NCBI RefSeq assembly: GCF_008189285.1
Contig: NZ_CP043315.1
Span: 240,001-272,000 of the forward strand
DNA from: Candidatus Saccharimonadota bacterium
GTDB taxonomy: Bacteria > Pseudomonadota > Alphaproteobacteria > CAJXXZ01 > 1604HC
DNA: 32,000 nucleotides
Direction of reading: 5' to 3'
Part shown: piece by piece, positions 1-8,247 of the stretch
Layout: each line of letters begins with the position of its first letter
Position numbering within the stretch: position 1 is the stretch's first letter
Translations under genes and position numbers: made by a program
The notes under the pieces: model-generated
The model's database searches: none
Told to the model about the DNA's origin: nothing
What the model saw: the letters and a program-made list of their open reading frames with translations, nothing else

Positions 1-70
1 AAAGCAAATAAATGTACAAAAATAAAATAGACAAGTCTTTGAAAAAAAATAATAGAAACAGCACAGAAAA

Positions 71-733
71 ATGAAGCTATACCCATCCATATTTGCATTT
101 AAGGATCTTAATATTGGCAATGAGATCTCTAGATTTGATGGCATTTCATCAGGATTGCATGTTGATATAATAGATGGAAAATATATAAATAATTTCGGAT
201 TCCCAATATATATGACCAAAATGCTCAAACAATACACAAACAAGTCAATTCATATTCATGTAATGGGATTTATCGATGATTTAATAGGCGAAATTATTTC
301 ATGCAATCCTGATGTGGTTTTTTTTCATGCAGATTCAACATCGAGCCCTCAAAACATTATAAATATTCTGCAAAGTAATAATATACAAATAGGCTTGGCA
401 GTTTCAGATTTCAAAAAAGAGATTTCTTTGCACGATGAGATTGATTTATGTAAAAATTCTTACAAAAATAAAATAGTTGATTTATATAAAGTAAATAATT
501 TAAATTATCTTTTATTTATGACTGTAAATCCAGGAAAATGCGGACAAAAATTTATTGAAAGTAAAAAGCTAGAATTACAGCAATTAAATGAGATTTTTCC
601 AAATGTCAAAATCATAATAGATGGAGGAGTAAATCCTGATATATTAAAACAAGAATGCATTAAAAATAATGTATATGGAGCAGTAATTGGTTCAGCGCTC
701 TATAAATATAATGTTTCTCATTTTAAACAATAG
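71..733 (+). CDS. rpe: ribulose-phosphate 3-epimerase (divergent)
   Basis: 220-aa ORF. By-eye match to Rpe landmarks: PSI near the N-terminus, HVDIIDG (H-x-D metal site), HIHVM, FFH, LLFMTVNPGKCGQKFI (cf. MSVNPGFGGQ.FI), IIDGGV, GSALY. Carries an apparent insertion around aa 120-150. Confidence 0.7.
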   Translation: MKLYPSIFAFKDLNIGNEISRFDGISSGLHVDIIDGKYINNFGFPIYMTKMLKQYTNKSIHIHVMGFIDDLIGEIISCNPDVVFFHADSTSSPQNIINILQSNNIQIGLAVSDFKKEISLHDEIDLCKNSYKNKIVDLYKVNNLNYLLFMTVNPGKCGQKFIESKKLELQQLNEIFPNVKIIIDGGVNPDILKQECIKNNVYGAVIGSALYKYNVSHFKQ

Positions 734-802
734 ACTTTTGTTAAATAAAAATAAGCATGCTATAATACAAGATGAATACAAACAAACTATTATTATCAGT
801 TT

Positions 803-1990
803 GTGCAATCTATTGTTGCGACACCAGACCAAGCAATGCTTGATGAGATGAGAGCAGACATAGAAATATATAAAAAAGTTAGAAAAGAAAATGATGAATG
901 TGACAAAGCTATAGCATTGAATAGAAGGCATATTATGCCATTTATGTTTTATATAAGCAGAAAACAGGTTGAAGTAGAAACAAAAGATGAAAAAGGAGCT
1001 ATAACAAAAGCTGAAGAGCATATTATAAATGCAGATAATGCAAAAGATGTTATTTCTTTCTTAACAGGAGATGGCCTTTTCTATAAAATTGATCCAAGTA
1101 ATCCAAATTATGTAGAAAACGAAAATTATAAATTAAGCTATCCATTTGATGCATTGAAATATAATCTTGCACACTATATTGATGTTAATGAATTTAGATT
1201 TGAAAACATACAAAAATGTGCAAGCAGTGGAATATTACATATTAGAGGAAAGGAGCAATACTTTTCTATGAAGTATGTCTCTATGCATGATGACGAAGTG
1301 AAAAAGAGCTTAGGGTGCTTGCAACTTCTTACTCTAAGTGGTTATATAGTTCCTTCACTTGAAAAAGGAGTATTTGAAGGATTGGATAGCTTAAATACTC
1401 TTGGGTTATCATGCAGAAGCCTGCGTTCAATTGATCTTGGAGCATTTAATGGACTAAATAATTTGAAAGAGCTTCACATGTCACGCACCTCATTATCAAG
1501 TTCATTGAAACCAGGATTATTTGCAGGATTAAGCAATTTGATAAAGCTGAATCTATCGCATAATAAATTCACTTCACTTAAACCAGGATTATTTGAAGGA
1601 TTGAGTAGTGTGATAAAACTTAATCTATCAGACAATCAAATCACTGAAATTGAACAAGGGGTATTTGAAGGATTGAGTAGTGTGACAAAACTTAATCTAT
1701 CAGGCTGTAAACTTACTTCACTTGAACCAGGAGCATTTGCAGGATTGAGTAGTGTGACAGACCTTGATCTATCAGACAATCAAATCACTGAAATTGAAAA
1801 AGGAGTATTTGAAGGATTGAGCAGTTTGAAAAGCCTTGCTCTATATGAAAATCAAATCACTGAAATTAAACCAGGAGCATTTGAAGAATTAAGTAGCTTG
1901 ACAGAGCTTAATCTATCACGCAATAAAATCAATTTTTCACCTTTAGAAGCTCTAAGAGAAAGATATCAAAATATAAAAATTGTAAGTTAG
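803..1990 (+). CDS. LRR-family paralog A (head domain, about 8 LRR units, cap); N-terminal signal peptide disrupted by a frameshift
   Basis: 395-aa ORF (GTG at 803) with the family head motifs (DIEIYKKVRKEN, FYKIDPSNPNYVENENYKLSYPFDALKY, YFSMKYVSMHDD) and 24-aa LxxLxLxxNxIxxIxxGxFxGL units. The family-type ATG (MNTNKLLLS) with its TGCTATAAT box is at 772 in a different frame, which stops at about 841-843. Confidence 0.8.
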   Translation: MQSIVATPDQAMLDEMRADIEIYKKVRKENDECDKAIALNRRHIMPFMFYISRKQVEVETKDEKGAITKAEEHIINADNAKDVISFLTGDGLFYKIDPSNPNYVENENYKLSYPFDALKYNLAHYIDVNEFRFENIQKCASSGILHIRGKEQYFSMKYVSMHDDEVKKSLGCLQLLTLSGYIVPSLEKGVFEGLDSLNTLGLSCRSLRSIDLGAFNGLNNLKELHMSRTSLSSSLKPGLFAGLSNLIKLNLSHNKFTSLKPGLFEGLSSVIKLNLSDNQITEIEQGVFEGLSSVTKLNLSGCKLTSLEPGAFAGLSSVTDLDLSDNQITEIEKGVFEGLSSLKSLALYENQITEIKPGAFEELSSLTELNLSRNKINFSPLEALRERYQNIKIVS

Positions 1991-2057
1991 AATCTGCTTT
2001 AAAGTAAATTTTAGATTGAAATTAACAATAAATGATTTAAAAAATTCCAAACAACTA

Positions 2058-2609
2058 TCAAACAGGCATATAAATATACAAAGGCTCTTTTATGCAATTT
2101 GCATGATTTTCATTTATAGAATTCATGAGCTTTCCTGCATTTTGTATTAATTCTATTTTCATATCATTAAGATCATCAATCAAATTCATTTCTTTCTCAT
2201 ATATCATCTTATACTCTTGATCGATATCTAATTCTTTTCGAAATTTTACTTCCCATTTATTGTCAAAAACAAGAAATATATTTCTATTCAGCCTGATTAG
2301 TAAATTCTTAGGATTGTCAAGCAAATCTTCCATATTATGAGATGAAAAATTAATATGCAAAAATACTCTTTTAAGTGCCGATAAAGTGCTATATGCAATG
2401 CGTATGCTAGAAAATGATCCAGGGCCGCTTATAGAATTGAAATGAGACAAATCATTCATAGATAAATCATGTCTTTTCAATAATATTCCAATGCATTCAA
2501 GCAAATTATTTGATGGGGTCTTAACATGCATTTTCCCTGTGAAATCACTACCATGCCATAATTCAATAAAAAATTCTCTTTGTATGAAAAATATATTCAA
2601 CCTATACAC
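2058..2609 (-). CDS. tsaB: tRNA threonylcarbamoyladenosine biosynthesis protein TsaB (YeaZ family), short form
   Basis: 183-aa ORF with the YeaZ/TsaB hallmark SGPGSFSSIRIAYSTLSAL (cf. GPGSFTGVRIGI..A.GLA) and a C-terminal EPLYIY (cf. EPVYLR). Confidence 0.6.
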   Translation of the reverse strand: MYRLNIFFIQREFFIELWHGSDFTGKMHVKTPSNNLLECIGILLKRHDLSMNDLSHFNSISGPGSFSSIRIAYSTLSALKRVFLHINFSSHNMEDLLDNPKNLLIRLNRNIFLVFDNKWEVKFRKELDIDQEYKMIYEKEMNLIDDLNDMKIELIQNAGKLMNSINENHANCIKEPLYIYMPV

Positions 2610-2679
2610 TTAATAATACTAAGCAATTTATGTGCATCAAGCTAGTTTGTATTGGGTTTGTAATATATAATTTGATATT

Positions 2680-5409
2680 ATGAATCAAATTCAAATAGAT
2701 CAAATGGAACAATCAATTAAGAAGCTTTGGAAAGAAAGTAATTTATATAAATCTGAAATTTCTTCTAAGCCATCATATTGTATTTTAGATTTTTTCCCAT
2801 ATCCAAGTGGAATTGGACTTCATGTAGGGCATACAATTGGTTATATTTCTACTGATATTTTTGCAAGATTCAAGCGAATGCAAGGAAATAATGTGCTTTA
2901 TGCAATGGGATTTGACTCTTTTGGATTGCCAGCAGAACAATTTGCAATACAGACAAATCAACATCCTGAAATTACAACTCAAACCAATATAAAAAACATG
3001 AAAGCACAGTTAGAAGCTTTGTCTTTAAGTCATGATACAGACAAATCTTTTTCTACAACTGATCCAAAATATTACAAATGGACTCAATGGATATTTACTA
3101 AATTATATAATAGTTATTTCAATAATATTGAGAAAAAAGCAGAAAATATAGAAGAGTTGCGTAAAAAGCTGAAATCAAAAACATTCTCTGTGGAAGATGG
3201 GGAATTGATAGAAAAATCTAATAATTATTCCCAAAAAGAAATAAGTCAACTTATTAATGAAATGCGATTAGCTTATTTGGATGATATTGAGGTAAATTGG
3301 TGCCCAATGCTTGGAACAGTTCTTGCTAATGAGGAAGTGAAAGATGGGAAAAGTGAGCAAGGTAATCACCCTGTAGAGAAGCGCCCAATGAAACAATGGA
3401 TACTAAGAATTACAAAGTATGCAGACAGATTGCATGATCAATTAGATCAGCTAAATTGGCCAAGCAATATTATTACTATGCAGAAAAATTGGATTGGGAG
3501 AAATGAAGGAGTTAAAGTATATTTTGATAGCAAATATGGAAAAATAGAAATCTTCACAACTCGTCCAGAGACAGTTTTTGGAGTAACATTTATAGGAATT
3601 TCACATAATCATCCTATCTTGCAAAAAGCTGGGATCAAATCCGATAAAGAGCAAAAAATTGGCTATGCGATTCATCCTTTAACTCAAAAGGAAATCCCTA
3701 TTTGGACAACAGATTATGTAATTCAAGAATATGGAACTGGGGCCGTAATGTCAGTTCCTGCTCATGATCAAAGAGATTATGAATTTGCAAAAAAGCATAA
3801 TATTGAATTTAAATCTGTAATTAAAGCTCCATATTTATGGTTGAAAGAAAATAAATCTGAATGCATATCTGATAGTAAATTATTAGATGAATGGAAAGAA
3901 AATCCTTGCAAATTTAAATCTGCATTTGAGAATAAAGCCCCTTTATTTGCTCCGCAACAGTTTGAAATTCATGAAGATATGTCTGTTAAAAATCAAATTA
4001 AACAAGTGATTCAATTTTTGGAAGAAAATAAAGTTGGTAAAAAAACTACAAATTATAGATTGCGTGATTGGTTATTTAGCAGGCAAAGATATTGGGGAGA
4101 ACCATTTCCAATTGTTTTTGATGAATCAGGAAATGCATATTCAATACATGAAAGTTGTTTGCCAATTACTTTGCCAAAACAATATGACTTCAAACCAGCT
4201 TTAAATCAAGAAAATGCAGAGCCTCCACTTGCAAAGGCTAAAGAATGGAAATCTGTTAGAGGAATTGTCATGGATGATGGAAGTGTTAAAACTTTATCTG
4301 ATTCAGATCCTAAAAATCCTGATGAGCAAATTTTCAAACGAGAATTAAATACAATGCCAAACTGGGCTGGATCATGCTGGTATTATTTAAGATACATGGA
4401 CCCTCACAATGATTCTTCAATTGCGTCCCAAGAAGCATTAAAATACTGGTCATGCAATGATATTGGATCTGTAGATATGTATGTTGGAGGAGCTGAACAT
4501 GCAGTATTGCATCTATTATACGCGCGATTCTGGCATATGGTTCTTTTTGATTTGGGGCATGTGCCAAACCCAGAGCCTTTCAACAAGCTTGTAAATCCTG
4601 GAATGATGACTGCAGATGCTTATAGCAATTCTCGTGGATTTTATATAGATATAGAAGATGTAGAGCTGAAAAATAAAAGTGCATTTCAAATTTCTACTGG
4701 TGAAGAATTAAATATTGAGCCAGGAAAAATGGGCAAAAGATATAAAAATGGACTGGATCCACGAAAAGCATGCGATAAATATGGAATTGATATATTTAGA
4801 ATGCACGTAATGTATATGGCGCCAATTACGCAAAGTAGATCATGGGATGTATCAAATATCAAAGGAATGGAGAGGTTTTACAGATCAATTCATGCAAAAA
4901 TAGCAAAATGCATTCAGAATTCAGAAAAATCTACTGATAATCCAACTAAACTGCATCAAACTATTAAATTTATTACAGAAGAAATGTCAAATATGAGATA
5001 CAATACTTCAATTGCAGCGTTAATCAAATTAAACAATGATGCAGAAAAGTTTTCTCTTGATGATTCAGTTAAAGTTTTGCAAATGTTATACCCTTTTGCC
5101 CCTCATTTGAGCGAACATTTATATCAGGAAATTAAATTAATTAATAATATTGAGCATAATTGCATAGAGCAGATCGAATGGCCTCAATATGATCCAAATC
5201 TACTGCAAGATGATACAACTAAATTACCAATCAATATTAATGGGAAAATAAGAGATGTTTTGGAAGTTAGCGTAGATATTGTTGATGAAGAGATAAAAAA
5301 TTTGATAAGCAAAAGCGAAAAAGCTGCAAAATATATATCGTCCGACATAAAGAAATACATTATTATTAGAAAAAATAATAAACCTATTATCGTTAATATA
5401 GTTTGTTGA
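2680..5409 (+). CDS. leuS: leucyl-tRNA synthetase
   Basis: 909-aa ORF. Motifs: PYPSGIGLHVGH (HIGH), TTRPETVFG and YGTGAVMSVPAHDQRDYEFA (CP1/editing), RLRDWLFSRQRYWGEPFP, KMGKRYKN (KMSKS variant). Confidence 0.95.
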   Translation: MNQIQIDQMEQSIKKLWKESNLYKSEISSKPSYCILDFFPYPSGIGLHVGHTIGYISTDIFARFKRMQGNNVLYAMGFDSFGLPAEQFAIQTNQHPEITTQTNIKNMKAQLEALSLSHDTDKSFSTTDPKYYKWTQWIFTKLYNSYFNNIEKKAENIEELRKKLKSKTFSVEDGELIEKSNNYSQKEISQLINEMRLAYLDDIEVNWCPMLGTVLANEEVKDGKSEQGNHPVEKRPMKQWILRITKYADRLHDQLDQLNWPSNIITMQKNWIGRNEGVKVYFDSKYGKIEIFTTRPETVFGVTFIGISHNHPILQKAGIKSDKEQKIGYAIHPLTQKEIPIWTTDYVIQEYGTGAVMSVPAHDQRDYEFAKKHNIEFKSVIKAPYLWLKENKSECISDSKLLDEWKENPCKFKSAFENKAPLFAPQQFEIHEDMSVKNQIKQVIQFLEENKVGKKTTNYRLRDWLFSRQRYWGEPFPIVFDESGNAYSIHESCLPITLPKQYDFKPALNQENAEPPLAKAKEWKSVRGIVMDDGSVKTLSDSDPKNPDEQIFKRELNTMPNWAGSCWYYLRYMDPHNDSSIASQEALKYWSCNDIGSVDMYVGGAEHAVLHLLYARFWHMVLFDLGHVPNPEPFNKLVNPGMMTADAYSNSRGFYIDIEDVELKNKSAFQISTGEELNIEPGKMGKRYKNGLDPRKACDKYGIDIFRMHVMYMAPITQSRSWDVSNIKGMERFYRSIHAKIAKCIQNSEKSTDNPTKLHQTIKFITEEMSNMRYNTSIAALIKLNNDAEKFSLDDSVKVLQMLYPFAPHLSEHLYQEIKLINNIEHNCIEQIEWPQYDPNLLQDDTTKLPININGKIRDVLEVSVDIVDEEIKNLISKSEKAAKYISSDIKKYIIIRKNNKPIIVNIVC

Positions 5410-5639
5410 TTTAGTAGAGGTGATTTTGTAAAGAAATATTAAGATTTAGATATGCTTTTTACAGTTTCATATTTATAATTGCAACTTTGCTTCAATTTGT
5501 GTTTGCATAAACATTTTATTTAAAGATGAATTTCTTCTAAATTAGATGGTTTTTTAAACATTTCCGATCTGATATAAGAAATTATATCATATGATATATA
5601 AATCTTTTTCAAGTATTTAACTTATAAATGTTTCAGGCT

Positions 5640-5857
5640 GAAATTCAACAATTTTCTTTCTTATATATGGATTTATTGGATAGTTTATAAAACTCATTTC
5701 TGTTTGCTTTTATAAAGAATGAGGCGATATAATTTTCGACACTATTTGTTATTAGCCAATTTGCTTGTTTATCATATCTACTATTTGGCTTTTCATGAAT
5801 TACAGATTGCATCTCGCAAAATACAATTGATAGAAATATTTTAATTTATAATTACAT
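5640..5857 (-). pseudogene. decayed relic of an LRR-family gene (promoter, 5' end and part of the head), in tandem downstream of paralog B
   Basis: The minus strand reads ATGATATAGTCTA-ATG-taattataaattaaaatatttctatcaattgta...ATGCAATCTGTAATT, which aligns by eye with the family 5' end (TGATATAATgcataATGaatataaacaaattattactatcaactataatcATGCAATCTATGATT). Further on, ..YIASFFIKANRNEFYKLSNKSIYKKEN resembles paralog B VILSFLTTKNRSEVYRIDPKDPYYKKIKN. Several stops follow. Boundaries are approximate. Confidence 0.4.
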
Positions 5858-5906
5858 TAGACTATATCATGATTTTGCACATTAATAATTAATCAACAAA
5901 TTAATT

Positions 5907-6899
5907 TTATAAATCAATATTAATATTTGGATATACCTCTTTTAGCTTTACTAAATATTCCTTGGATTTGTAGTCTAATGGATTGTCATTTAAATTTATA
6001 TTTTTCATAATATGAAAATCAATTCCTTTAAATGTCTCTGAATTAATTGAAGTAATTTTATTTCTACATAAATCAAGTTTTATTAAATTTCTTAATCCTG
6101 CAAATACTCCTGAATTTATTGAAGTTATCATGTTATTATCCAATTGAATTTTTTTCAAACTATTCAATCCCTCAAATAATTTTGGCCTAAGTTCAACAAT
6201 CTGGCTATTTTGCATATAAAGCCTTGTTAGGCTATTTAACCCTTTAAACACTCCTTCTTCAAGATCAGTAAACTGACCATTTTGAAGATAAAGCCATTTT
6301 AAGTTATTTAGGCCATCAAATATCCCTGGCTCAATTTCAATCATTTTATTATTCTTTAAATTTAATTCTCTTAAATTATTTAATTGCATATTTGTATCAT
6401 CATCATGCAAGGAAATATAGCGCATATAAAAATACTCTTCTCCAGCTCTTGTTTTGCTACAGCAAACATTTTCAAACTTATCTGCATCTATATATCTTGC
6501 AAATTCATATTTGAATTTGTCAAAAGGATAATTTAATGCATAATTTTTTATTTTTTTATAATATGGATCTTTTGGATCAATCCTATAAACTTCACTTCTG
6601 TTTTTTGTTGTTAAGAAAGAAAGAATAACTTTTTTAATATCTTCTCCTATAGAGCTAATGCTATTGAATATTATTTTATTTATTTCTCTATCTCTTGTTA
6701 TGCGATCTCTTGTTATGCAATCCTGAAGTAGATTATTGTATTTTTTGTTTTTAGACATTTCCTCCATTTCTTCTTTATTTTCTTTTCTAACTTTGTTGTA
6801 AATTATAATATCCTGCCGCATATTATCAGTATATGCATCATATCCTGCTGCTATATATTTCATAAGAATAGATGTCAATAACAATTTATTTACATTCAT
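5907..6899 (-). CDS. LRR-family paralog B (most divergent; about 5 LRR units plus cap)
   Basis: 330-aa ORF. MNVNKLLLTSILM signal-like start; head motifs IIIYNKVRKEN, VYRIDPKDPYY, NYPFDKFKYEFARYID, YFYMRYISLHDD; 24-aa LRR units; cap NPLDYKSKEYL. TGATATAAT lies at 6905-6913, 5 nt upstream of the ATG. Confidence 0.85.
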   Translation of the reverse strand: MNVNKLLLTSILMKYIAAGYDAYTDNMRQDIIIYNKVRKENKEEMEEMSKNKKYNNLLQDCITRDRITRDREINKIIFNSISSIGEDIKKVILSFLTTKNRSEVYRIDPKDPYYKKIKNYALNYPFDKFKYEFARYIDADKFENVCCSKTRAGEEYFYMRYISLHDDDTNMQLNNLRELNLKNNKMIEIEPGIFDGLNNLKWLYLQNGQFTDLEEGVFKGLNSLTRLYMQNSQIVELRPKLFEGLNSLKKIQLDNNMITSINSGVFAGLRNLIKLDLCRNKITSINSETFKGIDFHIMKNINLNDNPLDYKSKEYLVKLKEVYPNINIDL

Positions 6900-6933
6900 G
6901 CTGTATTATATCATAACTTTATTGGATCGCGAA

Positions 6934-6956
6934 AATTAATTAATTAATTAATTAAT
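6934..6956. repeat. (AATT)5 tetranucleotide microsatellite
   Basis: aattaattaattaattaattaat read directly. It begins 24 nt upstream of the putative -10 of paralog B. Confidence 0.85.
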
Positions 6957-7296
6957 AAAATAAATTTAAATAAAAAAATTTAGAATTTTATATAATTCTT
7001 TTTTCAGATTTCCTAAACAATGCACTAATTCATTTTCCAAACAATGTACATTTAATATAATTTTAACCATTTGGAATTAATATGTATTTGCTACCAAACA
7101 CACAACCCTGGTAGCTTTTTCATTCATATTCATTTTTCTAATCATTAATATAAGTTTGGTTAAGTGAATAAAACATATTTATTTGTAAATTCATAAAAAA
7201 CTATTGAATAATTGAAATCTCTTTTCTTAATATGATTTTTGTATATGATTCTTTAGAAATTGTATTATTGATTTATCATTTTGGATTTTTAATCAG

Positions 7297-7734
7297 TTAT
7301 AATTTTGAGTATAAATGAGGATCAAAGTATATTATTTTCCCTTTAACATCAATTTCATCTATATTAGGAATTTCCTTCAAATCCGGAGAGAATTCTAATG
7401 AAAAATTATCGGAAGGATCTGTAATATACATCAATGCATTAAATGGAACAGATATATCATATTTTATTCCTGAAAATGTTAAATTCACAGAAAATCCTTG
7501 ATTAGAAATTTCTAGATTTTCAAATTCATTTTGTAACACAATAGTCATAGTTTTTGGGTATTTTTCTTTAAAGCTATCCGGTATTGAAACATTTGGATGT
7601 TTTGTAGAAAAAGCTATGTAAAGATGTTGCTCTCCCTGCAATCCATGCTTTATAACATCTCTAAGAATATCTCTAACAAACAGCCTCAAATATTCTTGTA
7701 ACTTTTTTTTGTAGTTTTGCATCACAAGCCTCAT
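7297..7734 (-). CDS. sspB: ClpXP adaptor SspB, alphaproteobacterial type
   Basis: 145-aa ORF. GLQGEQHLYIAFSTKHPNVSIPDSFKEKYPKTMTIVLQNEFENLEI...FSVNLTFSG....ISVPFNALMYITDPS matches by eye the Caulobacter SspB-alpha pattern GLPGEHHFYITF.T...GV.VP..L...YP.EMTIVLQHQ.WDL.....F.V.L.F.G....L.VP..A...F.DPS. Confidence 0.7.
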   Translation of the reverse strand: MRLVMQNYKKKLQEYLRLFVRDILRDVIKHGLQGEQHLYIAFSTKHPNVSIPDSFKEKYPKTMTIVLQNEFENLEISNQGFSVNLTFSGIKYDISVPFNALMYITDPSDNFSLEFSPDLKEIPNIDEIDVKGKIIYFDPHLYSKL

Positions 7735-7839
7735 AATAAATGTAACAAGTATTTTTCTGTTAGTCTATAATATGAATGATTTAACTAGCAAATACAAACA
7801 AAGTAAAATTTTTATTTTTATATCATTTATAAAATTTGC

Positions 7840-8125
7840 AGAGTTTCTGTTGCTCGGCACTCTACAAGCCGCATGCTTATTTGACTTGCTTATATTTTAA
7901 AATCAATTAAGCGAACGCAAGCTCTGAACTAACATTACTGTTTGCTGCAGATTGCGGGTTAAATACATTATTTGCATTTATTATTTAGTTTATTCCGGTC
8001 ACAACACCGAGTAAAAATCAAATCTTTCAATTCACGTCGATCCTAATTCATCCCCATATGGTGGAGATGTCGGGTTCTGCCCCCGAGTCCGCTAAACCTA
8101 TTAAATTTAATGTTTATTACTATAT
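7840..8125 (-). ncRNA. ssrA: tmRNA gene, circularly permuted (two-piece) alphaproteobacterial form; outer boundaries approximate
   Basis: The minus strand reads ..GCGGAC-TCGGG-GGCAGAA-CCCGA-CATCTCC-ACCA (T-arm, 3' acceptor strand and encoded CCA at 8059-8086), then TAT, then GGGGATGAATTAGGATCGACGTG (5' acceptor strand from 8055, with the conserved GGAT(T)CGACG). GGGGATG pairs with CATCTCC and gives the G3:U70 alanine identity pair. A tag reading frame lies downstream. No second CCA end lies downstream, so the gene order is permuted. Confidence 0.75.
7907..7975 (-). other. tmRNA tag-peptide reading frame: (A)NNVFNPQSAANSNVSSELAFA-stop
   Basis: Minus strand: GCA AAT AAT GTA TTT AAC CCG CAA TCT GCA GCA AAC AGT AAT GTT AGT TCA GAG CTT GCG TTC GCT TAA. 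An alternative in-frame resume codon would give AANSNVSSELAFA (cf. Caulobacter AANDNFAEEFAVAA). The resume point cannot be fixed from sequence alone. Confidence 0.6.
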
Positions 8126-8233
8126 TTACAGACTAGCTGTAACTTTTTAATTCTATATCTTTATATTCATAAATTCAATCAATCACAACAATTCCACTTA
8201 TCAATATATTTCTCATGCAACCTAATAAAGTTA

Positions 8234-8242
8234 TGATATAAT
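8234..8242 (+). promoter_or_regulatory. extended -10 box TGATATAAT, 5 nt upstream of the paralog C ATG (example of the family-wide arrangement)
   Basis: TGATATAAT-gcata-ATG. The same spacing occurs at A 758-766, B 6905-6913(-), relic 13187-13195(-), D 15133-15138(-), E 21718-21723, and F 26007-15(-). Confidence 0.4.
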
Positions 8243-8247
8243 GCATA

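Noticed and set aside
692-1021. Antisense ORFs opposite the head domains of paralogs A (692-1021 -) and E (21753-22226 -) that resemble each other.
   Set aside because: The similarity follows from the sense-strand paralogy. The F/C/I/L-rich composition is typical for the antisense of K/E/N-rich AT-biased coding DNA. They are not open in C, D or F.
7091-7116. A hairpin gctacca-N12-tggtagc followed by ttttt, as a possible Rho-independent terminator.
   Set aside because: The T-run is on the plus strand, where no gene ends upstream. On the minus strand (downstream of sspB) the stem is followed by aaatac, not a U-tract. It is a single occurrence.
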